Positions 14,742-15,485 of a stretch of 15,485 nt of DNA are shown here, one piece after another. The notes under the pieces are model-generated. The model had not been told where the DNA came from and did not search any database. It saw only the letters and a program-made list of their open reading frames with translations. The stretch covers positions 1 through 15,485 of the IMG/VR virus record IMGVR_UViG_3300009961_000037. One strand, 5' to 3'. Source of the DNA: a virus. How positions within the stretch are numbered: position 1 is the first letter of the stretch; the number at the start of each line of letters is the position of its first letter. The translations under genes were made by a program, and so were the position numbers.

Positions 14742-15085
14742 TTTAATATATCCTTAATATCTTTTGCAAAAATGTATTTTTGTTTTTCATTATCATATAC
14801 CATAAATTTAGATGGTGATTGATATTTACCTTTTTTAATATTATATAATTTTCGGTAATGTTCATTAAATTCTAATTCTAATCTTTTCTTAATGGTATTG
14901 TTATCAAGAGAAGAAGAAGAAGATATTTGTAATTTTATAATCTTCTCTCCGCGATAGCCATTACTGTTATGTTCAGGTGATGGTTCTAGAACTCTATCCA
15001 TCAATTTTTTAAAGATTGATAAAGTGTATTCATTTGTATCTTGTGGATAAAGATGGAAAATAAGTTTAAATGTAAGTTTTGTCAT
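14738..15085 (-). CDS. Hypothetical early protein (115 aa from the internal ATG, MTKLTFKLIF...). This is the first gene of the early operon.
   Basis: The ATG at 15085 is preceded by AAAGGAG at 8-nt spacing and by promoter P2 (TSS about 30 nt upstream). The track ORF's extra 21 N-terminal codons, starting at 15148, would begin inside the -35 element and lack an SD, so the shorter start is preferred. Confidence 0.45.
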   Translation of the reverse strand: MTKLTFKLIFHLYPQDTNEYTLSIFKKLMDRVLEPSPEHNSNGYRGEKIIKLQISSSSSLDNNTIKKRLELEFNEHYRKLYNIKKGKYQSPSKFMVYDNEKQKYIFAKDIKDILK

Positions 15086-15116
15086 AATATTGACTCCTTT
15101 TTTTATTTGTGAATTA

Positions 15117-15144
15117 AGTATATCATTCTTTTTTTGTTTGTCAA
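15117..15144 (-). promoter_or_regulatory. Early promoter P2 (TTGACA-16-TATACT with TGn extended -10).
   Basis: Seen in sequence. The minus strand reads TTGACA (plus 15139-15144), then the 16-nt spacer aacaaaaaaagaaTGa, then TATACT (plus 15117-15122). Confidence 0.55.
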
Positions 15145-15150
15145 GCATTT

Positions 15151-15234
15151 TTATAAAAAAAATTCAAAACAAATTAAACCTATAATTGGTAAGTATAATA
15201 AAAATTGCCAAATAATAAAATCTTGTAAATTCAT
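15151..15234 (-). CDS. 27-codon hydrophobic mini-ORF (MNLQDFIIWQFLLYLPIIGLICFEFFL). Possible single-TM early peptide.
   Basis: Hand translation of the minus strand. The ATG at 15234 is preceded by AAAGGAA (9-nt spacing) and lies about 27 nt downstream of the predicted TSS of promoter P1. Its stop sits just before the P2 -35 element. It is below the ORF-track cut-off. Confidence 0.25.
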   Translation of the reverse strand: MNLQDFIIWQFLLYLPIIGLICFEFFL

Positions 15235-15267
15235 ATAATATAATTCCTTTCTTTATTTGATAAATCT

Positions 15268-15296
15268 ATTATAAAACTTTAATTTAAAAAAGTCAA
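15268..15296 (-). promoter_or_regulatory. Early promoter P1 (TTGACT-17-TATAAT).
   Basis: Seen in sequence. The minus strand reads TTGACT (plus 15291-15296), then the 17-nt spacer tttttaaattaaagttt, then TATAAT (plus 15268-15273). It lies immediately inside the right ITR. Confidence 0.5.
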
Positions 15297-15358
15297 CAAT
15301 TTTTATATTACAGTTATATAACAAAAATATTACATAATATTACGAACAACCTCCAACA

Positions 15359-15485
15359 AACCCACCAACCACACCACCAAGTAATCCAATCCATAATGCT
15401 CCTAGAAGCTCATAGGAAGCTCTCTAATCCATTCTAATTGATTGGTAGTGTTATTGTCCCAGCTAACGTTACAATTTGATAGACG
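15359..15485. repeat. Right inverted terminal repeat (127 bp).
   Basis: Exact reverse complement of 1-127 (see the left ITR). Confidence 0.9.

Noticed and set aside
14738-15148. Longer 136-aa version of the first early gene, starting at ATG 15148
   Set aside because: That ATG lies inside the -35 hexamer of promoter P2 and has no SD. The internal ATG at 15085 has AAAGGAG at ideal spacing and lies downstream of the predicted TSS.
1-15485. Search for tRNA, rRNA, CRISPR repeats, integrase or transposase genes
   Set aside because: No cloverleaf-compatible GC-rich segments, no spaced direct-repeat arrays and no recombinase-like ORFs were seen. Every ORF longer than 150 nt is accounted for by the phage modules.

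Overview
The window is almost certainly a complete, or nearly complete, linear genome of a small phi29-like podophage (Salasmaviridae/Picovirinae-type) from an AT-rich Gram-positive host. The first 127 nt (1-127) are the exact reverse complement of the last 127 nt (15359-15485), giving perfect inverted terminal repeats. The coding content is the canonical protein-primed module: a family-B protein-primed DNA polymerase, a gp16-like packaging ATPase, a gp9-like tail knob, a gp10-like connector, a major capsid protein, a gp13-like tail-associated hydrolase, a holin and an Amidase_5 endolysin. All 20-odd genes lie on the minus strand and are tightly packed. That differs from phi29, where early and late genes are on opposite strands. 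The polymerase gene sits inside the late packaging/lysis block rather than beside a terminal-protein gene, and no terminal-protein gene can be named from sequence alone. The right end carries two tandem consensus sigma-A-like early promoters, a 27-codon hydrophobic mini-ORF and a block of small orphan early genes. The most interesting element is at the left end. A perfect TTGACA-17-TATAAT promoter points outward into the ITR, there is no ORF behind it, and a terminator sits just upstream. This is the arrangement of the phi29 packaging-RNA (pRNA) gene, so a roughly 148-nt non-coding RNA is proposed here. Two intrinsic terminators are visible: one after the capsid gene and one after the endolysin gene. 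No tRNA, rRNA, CRISPR array, IS element or integrase is seen.
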